A program made the translations under genes and the position numbers. This document shows, piece by piece, positions 13,481 to 26,700 of a stretch of DNA of 64,000 bases. Every line of letters starts with the position of its first letter. Positions within the stretch are counted from its first letter, which is position 1. Under the pieces are notes generated by a model that did no database searches, was not told the origin of the DNA, and saw nothing but the letters and a program-made list of their open reading frames with translations. Source of the DNA: Vicugna vicugna (Eukaryota); assembly GCA_013265495.1 (NCBI GenBank), contig MU061578.1:5033308-5097307 (forward strand). The letters run 5' to 3'.

Positions 13481-15649
13481 GGAAAGTGCGCGGAGAGCTT
13501 TCCTTCAGCTGAGCCACATCCCATGTGTAGATGCAGCAGCCCAGGCCACTGGCTGTGGCTTCTCCCCCACACACATACAGTGCCTCCTGAAACCTGGGGG
13601 AGTTGTCTCATCTCTTCACTTCCTTGTCTGCGTGGTGCAGTACTGTCTTGCCACCAGGTAATTAAGGACTTGTGAGGTGTACTTTAAAAATATATGGCTC
13701 TGAAAAAAAAATACGGCCCTGTGTTTTAAAAATAAGCTTGTATCTACCTGACAATTAATCTCCTAAGGGTTAGTCAGCAGCTTTGGAAGAGGTGAGATGT
13801 CTGGTGTATGGGACCTGATGATTGGTAGAAAAGAAATCAGTGGGTCATTGTTTTCCTTTGCCCTAAGTGGATTTGCATTTTAAGTTCATTTGGAAGTCAC
13901 TTGTTTAAAACGTGGGCTTGTCTTTCTGTTAGAGATGTTCTTGCAGAAGGGTAGTTGTAGTCCTTGCTGAAGCCCCCATCTGTTCATGCTCTGAGGAGGA
14001 GGGGTGGGGAGTGGAATCACACTGATGGGTATAGAATGAGAATTATGTTGAGTGGAGTTGGAGGGATGTGACCCACTTTTCCAGAGACATCAAAGGTGCT
14101 GGATGTTGATGGCGCCAATTTTCCTAGCCAAGTTCAATTGAGAACAGCTGTCTTCCCTTGTGCTCAGTATTGCTGTGCCACAGACACATCTTCCACTTTT
14201 CTTAGGACCAGTGCCGTTACAGAACTTGTCCTGGTGGACACAGAGGGTAGGAGAGAAGAGCACAGAAGGGATCCCCTCATGCAGGGGGATTTAAAGGGTG
14301 CTGGTACTGGGAAGTGGAGGAGGAAGGTTGGGGCCTGGCCTGGCCAGTGCAAGGCCTTGGTCACGAGGACCCACAGTGGCCACAGATGTGAAGCTGTCGG
14401 TGAAGCAGGCTGCAGCTCACAGCCTTCCTTTGGGTGTGAAGGGCTTGGATTTGGGGTGCACCCCTGTATATAGGAAAGGCCAGCAGTCATGACTTGTGGT
14501 GGCACAGTACCTGCGGGACCGGGCAGGGAGCCACGTTCTTGAGAACTTGTGACCAGCTCCATTTTATGAGGGAGGATGAGGATGGGGGACAGGCATACCT
14601 AGGGTATTGTTGCTTTAAACTTCTCCAGAGATTTAAATTTCAGAAAGTGAGTAACCGAAAGTATTTACTTACCATAATTTTGGGTCACTAAGTGGGTGGC
14701 AAGCTGACTGGGCTGTGCTGGGAGGGAGTGACTCACCGGCAGGCCCTGGGTTGCCTGGGCACCCTGTGCTGTGCTGCCTCCACGGGGTCGGGGTGCTGGT
14801 GGGCTGGAAGGAGCTCCTTGGGAACCTGACTACCAACCAGCCCCTGCCCCAGAGCCCCCGGTAGTGAGTGTCCTCAGGATCAGGGCAATATTCTCAGAGT
14901 GCTATTTATGCGGCTTAATTGCTGCTTCAAAATGTTAGAAAAATTAGCCCTTTAGAATAACAGAGATAGTACAGATAAGCATTTGGTCTTTTCACACTGG
15001 AAGAGGGCTCTTCTCTTAGGCTTTTCGTTTTACAGTTGTTGCTTTAAAAAATGCTTTAAAAGTTAGTATTTTAATCATTTAATCATTTTAACTGAAGAAG
15101 TGAAACTGTTCATTAAAACGTACCCATGCCAGCAAGCTATGGCTGCAGGAGGAGAAAGCATGAGCAGTTGTCCTGTAAACATCTGTCAGTGAGGGGCCCT
15201 GAGAGCTGGTCTTGCACTGAGGTGCTTGGCTGGTGTGCTGTGGCGAAGGCAGGAAGGAAGTTGCAGAATTCCACAGAGGAGGAGGGCTGCCCATGATAAG
15301 TCTCTGTGTCATCATACTCATTATGCTGGAGCAGAGAGAATGCTACTGGGACGCTTCCAGAGTGGCCGTGGTGTGGTGGCTAGTATTTTTGAGCCCAGGG
15401 CTGATGTGGAACAGTACAGCTGTGGTTAGGCTGGCATCAGACTCTGGTTCAGGAGCTGGACCCTTATGGGAAGCCCCATTTCTCAGACTCCCACCCTTGT
15501 GGTTTGAGGTGCCCACAGGGTGCCAGAAGTGACCCCAGGAGGAGTGTTTCTGGGACCTTAAGATCCCTACCTGGTGTCCTGAGGTTCTGTCTGGAGATGG
15601 CCTGTGCTGAGGGCCAAATTGGACAATCGTGAGTACAGAGCTGCTCCTG

Positions 15650-16010
15650 CCCCCGGGCCTTTGCACTGGCTAGTCTTCTGCCGGGAAGGCTCTCCCCACA
15701 CATCTTTAGGGCTTTCCCCACCTCCTTGGATCTTTGTTTAGATGTTGCCTTCCCAGTATGGGTTTCTCTGTTTAAATGTATACGACCCCCATCCAAATAC
15801 TCCCATCTTCCTTCACTCTCGTATGTTTCTTACAGTAATTTATCACCATTTGACACACTGAATTTTACCTGGGTTTTGTTTTTTGAGGGTCTGTCTGCCC
15901 CCACTAGAATGTGGACTCCTTGAGTTTTGTTCTTTGTTGTGTCAGCAGTGCCACAAAACCTGTGTGGCACATAGTAGGTGCTCAGTGAACATTTGTTGCT
16001 GAGGTGGATT
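15650..16010 (+). mobile_element. L2 LINE 3' end
   Basis: gggcctttgcactggct... through tggcacatagtaggtgctcagtgaacatttgttg terminus. Confidence 0.8.
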
Positions 16011-16122
16011 TGTTGAAGTGTGGTCTTGGGGTGACTGCATTTACGTTAAATTGTTGCAGCTGCTGTGAAGTGATGGTGGCAGCCCTGTGTTTCTCCTAAA
16101 GCATGTGATGGGGAAGCAGGTT

Positions 16123-16144
16123 TGTGTGTGTGTGTGTGTGTGTG
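16123..16144. repeat. (TG)11 microsatellite
   Basis: Direct reading. Confidence 0.95.
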
Positions 16145-19100
16145 ACTGTATTACATCATCTATTATTGTCATTTCAAAAATCTAGAGTTCTTTGTACACT
16201 TTACTTGGATGTTGATTTCAGAATGACTGGTTTTTCTTTCTGACTCATGAAGTCGGCTGAATCTGAATTTTGAACCTGAAACATTAAGGGAAAGTGAAAC
16301 TTGGAAATGTGTGATGCATGATTAGCTATTATTGCATTTCACTTTCTGTATGTGAATATTTCCTTTCCTTCCATTGCAGTGCCATCTAAGCCGCTGTCAC
16401 CCTCCCTTGGACTTGCTGCAGCCTTCTAATGGCTCCACATGAGAGCACTCTCTCTGAGCCCCTCACCAATCCATGCTCTGGCCCCATAGCAGCCTGGGGT
16501 CTGCTTTGTACCCCCAGTACTCATCCATCTCTGCCATGGCCACCCTCACAGCTTGAATCAGCTAGTTCTGTAAATGATGTTGGGCCTGTCACCCCATTAG
16601 GATGTGGCTTCCTAGGGGTAGGGACCACATCTGCCTTACAGCCAAGTCCCTGGACCCTCGCTGGCACAGTGGCCATGTTTGTAGAGTAATTGCGTTGATA
16701 ATGTTGTTAATTTATCTCCTTTAAGAAACTCTGATAAACAAAAATGAGTGGTATATTTTTATGAAATTACAAAACCGTGGCTTTGGAGGGTAGGATGTGC
16801 TTACAGAAGTGCCACATCCTGAGTTGTCTGCACTGGATGAGTTAAGCATCTTGGAGCTCCCCTTGACCCTCCTGGGTCTTGTGCATGCTGGGTTGCAGGA
16901 TATGCTGTAAGCTGTGGCAAACTGTAGAACGCGCCTGCTGTGCCTGGGTGGGTGAAGGCGCTGAGTGGTTCCTGGGGTGCAGTGGTGGAGTCCTGGGCAT
17001 TTGAGGAATGGTGGTTGTGCTCTGTAGGTGAGGTGGCTGGTGTATGTGTGTGGAGACACGGCATTCTCCCTGCTCCCTCTCAGTCTGGCCCCACGGCCAC
17101 CTTGCCCTGCTCTGGCATCTCCAGAGCCCACACTCTGTTTCACTGACTATGGCCAAGCCTTCTACTTCAGTATGAATCAAACTGAAGCAGGCATGGTTTA
17201 GCTCAGGCTCCAGAACATTCTCACCTGTCCAGGGCATGCTGACAGTTTTAGCCAGTTGCCAACAACAGAGAAAGACTCACTAATTTATGTTAATTTTACT
17301 TAGGTGGCATGTATCCCTTAAAGGAGACGCTTATCAATGTCTGCCTTCAAACCTCTCATTGGAGTTGTGCTTTTGGGCTGGGTGAACTAGCCAGGCAACT
17401 TGTGAAGGTAACAGTTAGCACCCAGTGTATTGACGTTTACAGGTGGGAAAATCCTAGGCTCAAACTTTTATCTTGTGGCAGGCTCTATGAAGTATACAGG
17501 TGGCCAGGGCATTTTCCATGGCTTACCAACCTCATGGGTTGGACCGATGTTGGGGAGGGCGTTAGCAGGTTTTATCCAGCAGATGCTCCACTTCCTCCCT
17601 TGTCAGTGCCAGGCCAGGTGCTGCTCGGTGTTGTGGGTCTGGAGTCAGGTCCAGCTCTGTCGAGACAGCCTGTTGGTTTTCGCCATGCCTCATGGTTGAC
17701 TTCCGCATGTCCACCGCAGAGCCCAGAATGGGCAGAGGTGCAGGGCAAGGGCTGCCACCTGGCTGGTGCCTGTGTGTAGAGCTGGCCTAGCCAAGATCAG
17801 GAGCAAACTCATGTTTTCTAAGGGGCCGTGCTCTCTTTTGAAGACCTGTTCTGAACACCTTTTTTATAACCTTGGAAACCACTTTGATGAAAAGAAAAGA
17901 AAGCTCTCAGAAATACGTGCTTGTAAAACAGAGTTTCATCAGAATTACCTTTCGTTGTCTTTGAGGATCACTCTCATGGGCTGGGTGTTGTTCAGTCAGC
18001 ATTCAGGAAGTTGGAACTGAAGACAGTGTTTCTCAGTAAGTGCTCCTGGAGCCAGTGTCAGCGTTCTTCATGGTGTCAGGCCTTCCCAGGGTGCTTAATC
18101 TCAGGCTCATCTGTTCCCGGGATAGCCAGTTTGATGGTGGTTATCACGCCCAGGTCTTCAGTGCCCTCTTGCTTCCTGCAGATGGGTTGCCTGCTGCCTG
18201 CAGCGCCTGCCTCCGCAGCCATCGCAGCTGATGCTCATTGCTCTTGGGTGTCGTTTGCAGTACCTCGCCTCCCAGAGCTGAGCTTCTGCCCTCTGTGAAG
18301 AAGCAGTGTGCTGTCCCTCACCTATTTCAAAAGCCTCCATGTGACAGATATGTTGGTAGCTTCCCTAGAATTGTCTTTGGATCTAGAAGCATGTCTTTGT
18401 ACGATTACATTTTTCCAGTTCTGTGAATCAGCTCATACATTTTGTTATTTAAAAACTTCATGTTTGAGATTTTACTCAGTAGTTCACTTTTCAGTTTTGA
18501 ATTAAAAGCAACATTTGCCATGATCCCATGCATCTCTCCCACTGTCTCCTTGAGTTCTGCTTGGCAGGTGGCTTGGCACACAGGTGAACTTAGATGAGGC
18601 CTGTAAACAAGCCCATGTTGGTATGATTTACACACTTGGTGGGGCAGGTATGGTGAGGGTGGGATACAACAGAGACATGGTGCCCACCCTTCCCCTGTTG
18701 GGCAGGGATGGCCGCCCAGTGGGTGTGTGGCCACTTTTTGAAGCACTACTATAGTGCCTGGGACTGCACCATGTGAAGTGTTGGCTTTTTCCACTTCACC
18801 TGTCTCATGTGTGTCCCTTCAGGTCACATGGTCCTGCTCCGCCTCAGTCCCAGGCCTGAGGCTCTATGCTCTGGATGACCCTGTTGGTACTGGGAGCTCT
18901 TAACCTCTTGGCTGTGTCCAGAAAGCCTGTGAGGTGCTCAGTGGTCCCTTTCCACAGCCCTCAGTCATAGCATAGCTGGACTGGCTAGTGAGGACAGTCC
19001 AGACATGTCACAGTTTTTGATGGGCAACTGTGACCTCTTCCCCACTTACCACTGCCCTTGAGGATGGAAAGTTCCTGCTAATCTCTGCAGGGAGTTATTG

Positions 19101-21040
19101 AATTTGATTACACTTCTGTTAAGATTGTATGCTTTATTTATAGGGACAAACCACTAAAGTACTGATTGGACCACAGAGCTTGGGCCAACCCTTTGTACTC
19201 CTCACGAAAATGGAATGTTTATGAAATGTGTAAGGCACACTTGACTTACTGTTGAGCTGTAGAGCGTTCAAGAAAACACTGGTGTTCGATGAATAAATGG
19301 TGTGCCATGGGCTCCCGTTCCAACTTGAGAACCTGTCCTTCTGGTCACATTGTGCTGTGTGCCACATTTAAAAAATCAAAGTCTCTTAGACTTTTTTTTT
19401 TACAGAGCCAGTTGGTCATATTCTCCTAGTATTTCATTGGTACTGTGTGTTTGGTTAATTCCTTCATATTTGGGTACCTTGCCTGAAGTGATAATGATCT
19501 TGGCAGACGTGCCTCCTCCCAGCTGTGGTGCAGCTCCAGTGTTGGTGATGGCTCTTTGGTTAGGACCTGGCGTGTGGTGTATCTTTTGGGGTGACTGTGC
19601 CTGAGCCAGCCTTTCCCAGGCTGGCATGCCTTGTGGAGCTGGGGTTTATACAGCATTTTGGGGATAGCCCAGGCTCCCACTTGTTCTTGCCATCTGCTGC
19701 CTCACTTCTCCACCTCCGTGCTTATCATGTTTGGGTCACAGGATGTTCTGTCAGATTTGTTTTTTACTTGTTATGTGTTTTGTGCATCTCAAGATGAGTG
19801 TCTCTGTCTCTATCAGCTTTTGTCTTGTGGTGGCAGAGCTTCACCCTCTGCAAATCGTTGGTTACTGTGCGCCCACCTGTCTTGCCTGTTCTCGGTACAG
19901 GAGAATCCTGTTTTCTACAGGATTCTGGCTTCTTTATAGTTCTTTGTCTCTCCCTTCCTTATTTTAATGGAGAGAGAAAGTTTTTATGTATCCTTTATGA
20001 GTGAACATATACACAATATTAGAAACAGCTTTGTATGGCCACACTCCATTTGCTACTTAAATATATAAAATTAAGTGTTAAATTGTCTTCAACTTGTTTT
20101 TATGTTACCATGTTAATATACTTTTTATCACCTCTATGTCTTGTTGCAGACTCATGATTTGTATGGTTTCAGCTTATTCTAATGAGCTGTGCTTAGTGTT
20201 TACAGGGTCACAATGTGGCCAATAATGGCTCCTAAAAGCCAGCTTCCTGCCCTTTCCTTACAGCACAGACACTTGTGACAACCTCCTCCTTTTCAGACAT
20301 AGCAAGAGATTATAGGCCCATACTGATTTTCTTTTTCCTGTTCCAGGAGGTGGAGTCAGTTGCTCTCCTGGGTTCTTTTAATGGGGAGTACTGTTAGAAA
20401 CAACTCTGGATGCTCTGAGTTCATTTTGTGTTTTCTGCAGCTGTCTGGTGGTAGGTGGGCTGATGATGCCTCTGCTGGAACACTTCCGACTCAGACTGGA
20501 AAAGAGATTTGTTTGTTTAATGATTGTGGGCACAGCTTTTATGTATTTCCAATTTAACTTTGACACTATCTAGAGATCCTTTCTTAATGCCCATCTAAAC
20601 TGTATTTCTACCCACCTCTCTCTAGTATTTTTATGTATCTCATTGACAACTGTTCTTTCTGTTGTTGCTTTGTTGATAAATTACCAAATTGCTTTCCATA
20701 AACATTTTAACAGCAACATGGGTTTATGGTGCCAGCCACACTTGTGTACGTGCTTTATCATAGTCTTGCCAGCATTTGGTGTCTCTGTGTATTGTAAACA
20801 TACTTAATCATCATTCTTATGTATTAATTCATCCCCAACCTCCCTCCATAATTAAAAGTATAGAGTACTATCTCTGGTGCTTTAATTTGTCTTTGACTAC
20901 AATGCACGTTTTTGTCTCTTAGTTGAGGTTTTTTGGTGCCTATCCTTTGTCCATTTCTTCATTGAAAAAAAGTGTTGATAATTTATAGATTTGAATGAGT
21001 TCTTATATATAAATTAATGCAGTCATATGTGATATAATTA

Positions 21041-22710
21041 TTTTTTACAACAGCTTATTGAAATATAATTCATACATACCATACAATTCACCCATTTGAA
21101 GTGTATAATTCAGTGGTTTTTAGCATCTTCACAAGATTATGCATCCTCACCATCCAATTCCAGGACATCCTCATATCCAATTCCAGGACATCCTCATCAT
21201 TCTAAAAAGAAACCCCATACCTATGAGCAGTCACTCCCCATTGCCCTTCCCTCCAGCCCCTGACAACGACTCATCTTGCTTTCTCTATAGATTTGCCTAT
21301 TGGGGACATTTCATAAAAGTGTAATCATACAATATGTGGCTTTTGTGTCTGGCCATTTTCACTTAGCTTGATATTTTCCATGTTCATCTATTTTATAGAA
21401 TATATCAGTACTTCCTTTTTATGGCCGAGTATTTAATTTTACAGCAGGACTACATTTTGTTTATCCATTTATCCATTGATTGACATTTGAGTTGTTTCTA
21501 CCTTTTGGCTGTTAGGAACTTTCTTGTACAAGATTTGTGTGGACATATGTTTTCACTTCTCTTGGGTATACACCTACGAGTGAAATTGTTGGGGTATATG
21601 GTACTAGTTTCCTTTTGAGGAACTGTCATACTGTTTTCCAAAGTGGTTGCACCATTTGACATTCCTAACAGCAGTGCTTGAGGGTTCCAGTTTCTCTAGG
21701 TCCCCATCAACACTTGTTATTATTATGTTCTTTTGATTTTAGCCATTCTAGTAGGTGTGAAGTGGAATCTCATTACAGCTTAAAAAAAATTATTAATGGA
21801 GGTACTGGGGATTGAACCCTGGACCTTGTGCATGCTAAGCATGCCCTCTACCACTGAGCTATACCTTCCCCCCCATTATGGCTTTGATTTGAACTTCTGC
21901 AGTGACTAATGATAATTGAGCATCTTTTCGTGTGCTTAATTATTGGCCATCTGTCTTTTTTGGAGAAATGTTTATTCACATGTGTTGCCTACTTTTTAAT
22001 TGTGGGGTTTTAAAAAAAGATTGAGTTGTAAGAGTTCTTTTATATAGTCTAGATACAAGTCTTTTATCTGATACATGATCTGCAAATATTTTTTCCCATT
22101 CTTTGGGATGTCTTTTCACTTTCTTGATGATGCCTTTGAAGCACAAAATTTTAAAAGTTTGATGAAGCCCCTTTGATCTATTTTTTCTTTTGTTGCTGTG
22201 TTTTTGGTGTCATATCTAAGAAATCATTGCCAAGGTCATGAAGTTTTTACTCCTGTATTTTCTTCTAAGAGTTTAATAGTTTTAGTTCTTAAATGTAGAT
22301 TTTTGATCCATTTGAATTAAATTTTGATGTGGGAAAGGCATCCAACTTCATTCTCTGCATGTAGATATCTAGTTGTTCCAGTGCCATTCATTGAAAAGAC
22401 TGTTCTTCCCCGTTGAAGGGTTTTGGCACCCTTGTCAAGAATCAATTGGCCATAGACATTTGGGTTTATCTCTGGACTTTGTTACTTTCTTTTGTATGTC
22501 TATCCTTATACCAGTACCGCACTGTCTTGATTATGTAGCTTTGTAATAAATTTGTAAGTCAGGTAGGGTAGGGTGAGTTCTCCAGTTTTGTTCTTTTTTG
22601 AAGTTGTTTGACTATTCTGGGTTCCTTGAGTTTCTATGTGAATCTTAGGATCAACTTGTTGATTACAGCAAAGAAGATAGCTTCTTTTAATAGGCATTGC
22701 ATTGAAATTT
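21041..22710 (-). mobile_element. L1 (L1MB-like) 3'UTR and ORF2 3' portion, 5'-truncated, interrupted by a SINE
   Basis: ttattgaaatataattcatacatacc...cacccatttgaagtgtataattcagtgg terminus and typical L1 antisense motifs (ttccaaagtggttgcaccatt, tggagaaatgtttattc). Confidence 0.88.
21782..21873 (-). mobile_element. tRNA-Ala-derived SINE (vic-1-like) nested in L1
   Basis: Reverse complement GGTATAGCTCAGTGGTAGAGGGCATGCTTAGCATGCACAAGGTCCAGGGTTCAATCCCCAGTACCTCCA; TSD CATTA(CA/TG)GCTT at 21771 and 21874. Confidence 0.9.
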
Positions 22711-23471
22711 TTTAAAAATTAGATTTTTGAACTTACCTAAATAAAAAATATATAACTCTTTATTGTTTTGTAGGAACTTTTGGTCTGTAGTGAGCAGTTT
22801 GGCTCTAAATTATTTTTTCAAGTTATTAATCAATTATTCCACTACTGTGCTTTTTGAGCAGCTTATTACTTTTTTTATCAACTGTAATTTTTATGTGTAG
22901 TTCGTAATTCTTGGACTCTTCTTTCCATTAAGTTACACTTCTGTATTCCAGGACTGCTAGGATAAAATTCTGTTTAGTTGTTGGATACAGCCTTAAGCTA
23001 GTCTGTTTGTTTAGGCTGTGAGTGCCTTCTGTGTGTCCAGCCTTATATCAAGTGTAGATGGGTAAGCAGGGTGCGGGCCTCTGGAATGGGAGACACTGTG
23101 GTTACATGGTTTGAACCAGCTTCCTTTATGGACAAGAGTTGGCTACAGGTGATGTTTAGGCTGGGCAGTGTGATGGGCAGACTGGAATATGGGGTGGTGT
23201 TGGGGACTTATTGCAGAGCTGAGGAAAGAGGGTGAGGGCAGATAGGTGCTGGGTGGTGGCATCCATGGGCACACAGGACAGGGCAGAGTGGGATTTGAGC
23301 AGGGAAGGGACTTGGGGGAGGAGGACATTGGCCCGAATTGTGCAGCAGAACATCACATGGCCTGCCTGCCCTGCACTTGGTGGTGTTTCAATGATGTCAA
23401 CACTTTAGTTCATACGTTTAGGAAAAAATGAGCTGCTTTGAATCTTACCTTTTTTTTCCTGTGTCCACCAG

Positions 23472-23738
23472 TATGACACCGTTCCTATTCAGTCCAGCGT
23501 GGTGTTATGTTCCTGCCCATCCCCATCAATGGTGAGGACCCAGACTGAGTCCAGCACGGCCCCTGGCGTTCCCAGCGGTGGTAGCAGGCAGGGCCCCACC
23601 ATGGACAGCACCGCAGCTGAATCCCGGCCCAGTGCCAACACGCTACAACACACCACACAACCGCCACCACAGCCTCGGAAGAAACGGCCAGAAGACTTTA
23701 AATTTGGGAAAATTCTTGGTGAAGGCTCTTTTTCAACA
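23472..23738 (+). CDS. PDPK1: PDPK1 exon 2 (YDTVPIQSS...GEGSFST)
   Basis: Polypyrimidine tract and CCAG acceptor, ACA|GTGAGT donor, N-terminal region and glycine-rich loop. Confidence 0.97.
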
Positions 23739-26700
23739 GTGAGTACATGCTGCTGTTGTTTGTTGAATGAGTGTGTTTTTCTTGGAAACACTGGCCTTTC
23801 TCAGGACTCAGAGCTGGGGCTGTTCTTCCCCGGAGGAGGGTCTCAGGCCCCTCAGGGGTTCCTCTCCTGTTGTGTAGGTGACTTGGGGTTGGCTACCACC
23901 AGGCAGATCACATGGTTAAAATATCTAATCCATAATCTTATAGATGTAAGCTTTAAAAGACATGTCTTGATCTTATTTTTTTTTTAATGCAGTTAAATTT
24001 TATTCTAACCCAGCATCAGCAAGTTACATTTCATGTCCTTGTGTCTTATTAACAAGGCTCTGGGAAGCTTTTTCTGTTCCTTACATTGAATGTTAGTATT
24101 GGTATCATCTCTTCATAGTTTTGGGGAAACATTTAATGACTTTTATTATTTCTCTGTTATTTTAAAAATATATACAAAACATTACACTCTTGATATTTGC
24201 TACGGTTGTAGCCCAAGACCTGCTGGCTTCTGTTTTGTGTCTTCAGTTTCATGAACAGAAACATCGTCACAGCACTGTCCAGTCATACTCAGGGTAACTC
24301 TTTTTGTTGCCTGAGAGAGTTTTACCTGTCTTATGGTGTTTTTTCTCTTAAAGCAGAGAACAAAGTTTCAAGGCCACCCTTTGTTGAGTTGGAGGCCTCA
24401 CGTGACTGGCGGGGCCAGGGGTGTGCTGCAGGCTCAGAAAGGCGAGCACCATCCCCGCACCGTGGGGCAGTCTTGGTCTGTGCCTTCAGGACTAGACAGG
24501 TCCCTGCTCTGTGGTCTCTGGGCCCAGCATGTGCTATGGACATGCCAGGATATCCCTGTGGCTCCTCACGCCAGCAGGGTTCCTGAATGTGTCTTTCTTG
24601 ACTGGCCTTTGTGAAGAAACTAAATGTGAAATTTGTTTTCATTTTCTCTTTTTCCATTTATGAAATATTTCAAGAGACGAAGAACATGACGTATTATAGC
24701 TCACCCATGTTCCCCACATCATTTTAATTAATGTTAACTTTTGCTCCTTTTACACTTTTAATTTAGATTTTTTTTTTAACTGGCAGTTTTTGTTCAAGTT
24801 ATGAAAGAATTGGGCCCTCATGATAAAAAATCTTCAACTATGAGGATAATCCCCAGTAGGTCTGGTTACTGATACATCCTTTCAGAAAGTAGAAACTATT
24901 TTGAAAATAACCTTGGAAGTTCTGCACAATTACTTACAGTTGTCTAGTAAAAGGAGAAGAGTCTCTCCTTTTTTCAGTTTTACTTCATTGGACATTTATA
25001 TTGACTGGAAATTGTGGACTTATTTGTGAAATTCCTTCATATCCCTGGATTTCCACAGTGGGTAAAACTAGACACCATCTGTTCTGGGTGACATATTTCT
25101 GATGTTAAAAAACCCCAGTTGAAATTTTTATCATCCCTTTGCTAGGGAGGTGCCCAGAAAAGCTCCATGAACCTGGAGACTCCTTTCTGGTACTGTTTGG
25201 AATCCTGTATCCTTGGGTCTCAGAGTATATGTGCTACCCTTAGGTCTTTCTCACCACTCCTGAAAAAGAGAACACTTAACATTAGATTTCCAGGGGAAGG
25301 GTGGAGGACCAGAGGCAGTTCTCAGGCTGGGCAGGAGCTTCACTTGGTGGAGCCTGGTGCTGGAGAGTAGGGAAGCCTGGTCTGCTGCCGCCTGGCTCCC
25401 TGAGGATTATCATGTCTGTTAGTCTTGCTGTTTGCCTAGGCCCATAAGGAAACCTGCATGGAGAATGCTGAATTCACACAGCAGAAAGATGACATAAATA
25501 TCTCCTTCAAATAAGATTCCACTGACGATTAGTACTCTTAACAGTTTTTCTCTTCCTCTTTTTCTACTTACGTAGCTAGTGCACACTCCTGTGAGAAGTT
25601 TAGCATTGTGTAAATACATAACCTAGAGAAGAGAGGTCCTTCCCCAGCCTACTCCCCTTCACTCTCCAGTGCCTGCAAGCAGTCCACTCAGATACCCTCT
25701 CCCAGAAAGATCTTCAAGATCTTCCTGCTTGAGTACATATAATCTGACCTCGTTCTTCTTAATAACTGCAGAGCGATTCACACTGTTTCTCTAGGGTCAC
25801 TTCTGATGAACAATTTTGTAACAGTATATAACTCATAACTAGGGAGCCAGATGAATGTGGCCTTGGCCTCCAGACGTCTTCCCAGGAGGCCCCAGGATTT
25901 CCTAGGAGTCAGCAGGTTTTCATCTCCTCTCTGGTCCTGGGCCATTGCCCTGTAGGTGTCTTAGGAGAGGCATTTCCACCAGCTGGCAGGGGTGGGAACC
26001 ACCTCAGCTCACTGCCACACTGGGTGCATTAGCCATTTGGAAGTTAGCAGTCAGGTTGTGCCCAGGAATTGCTAATGTAGAAAGGTCTTCTCTGTGCTCT
26101 GTGATGTCCCACTGGTGCTCTGTCCCCGAAGTGAAGTTTAAGGGACAGGTGTGTGATGGAGAGGGCACAGCAGAGAGTGGCTGCATCTTGTGAGGGAGGC
26201 ATTCTCTGCAAGCTACGTGTGATTTAGTTTCCTGTGCCCTTAAGGGCAGGGATAGCATTTGTAATATCCAAGAGGGACATCAAGTGAAATGTATGGTAAC
26301 AATTATTTGTATAAGCCCAAATTCAGGATGGCCTTTATTGCAATGAACATATCCTGGGGAACATGTCCTTAAAGTTATTGAAGAAATCCCCAGTCCATAT
26401 GTGGAGGTATTACTTGCTGCTGCTTTCTACTGTTTGTGAGGGTTATACTGGTCTTAAGTTGTTCTTGGATATATACTTCACTGCATCAGGGGACTATTGG
26501 CAGCTGATGAAGAACATTATGAAAAGTTGAGAGATACACGTGTTTCCTTTAACTATTAGAACACATTAACTTAGTCTTTGATGGTCAGCTGTATTTGTTG
26601 GCACAGGACCAAAAATATTTGAATGTAATTTCATGGTGGGGGTGGGGTAGCCTATGTGGTTGGTTGCAGGGTGACTTTGTGAGACTCCTTGCCCTGATTA

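Noticed and set aside
21797..21870. Possible tRNA-Ala(AGC) gene (also at 4675-4749 and 36440-36520)
   Set aside because: Stem mismatches, 5' G extension, TSDs and multiple diverged copies indicate SINEs rather than tRNA genes
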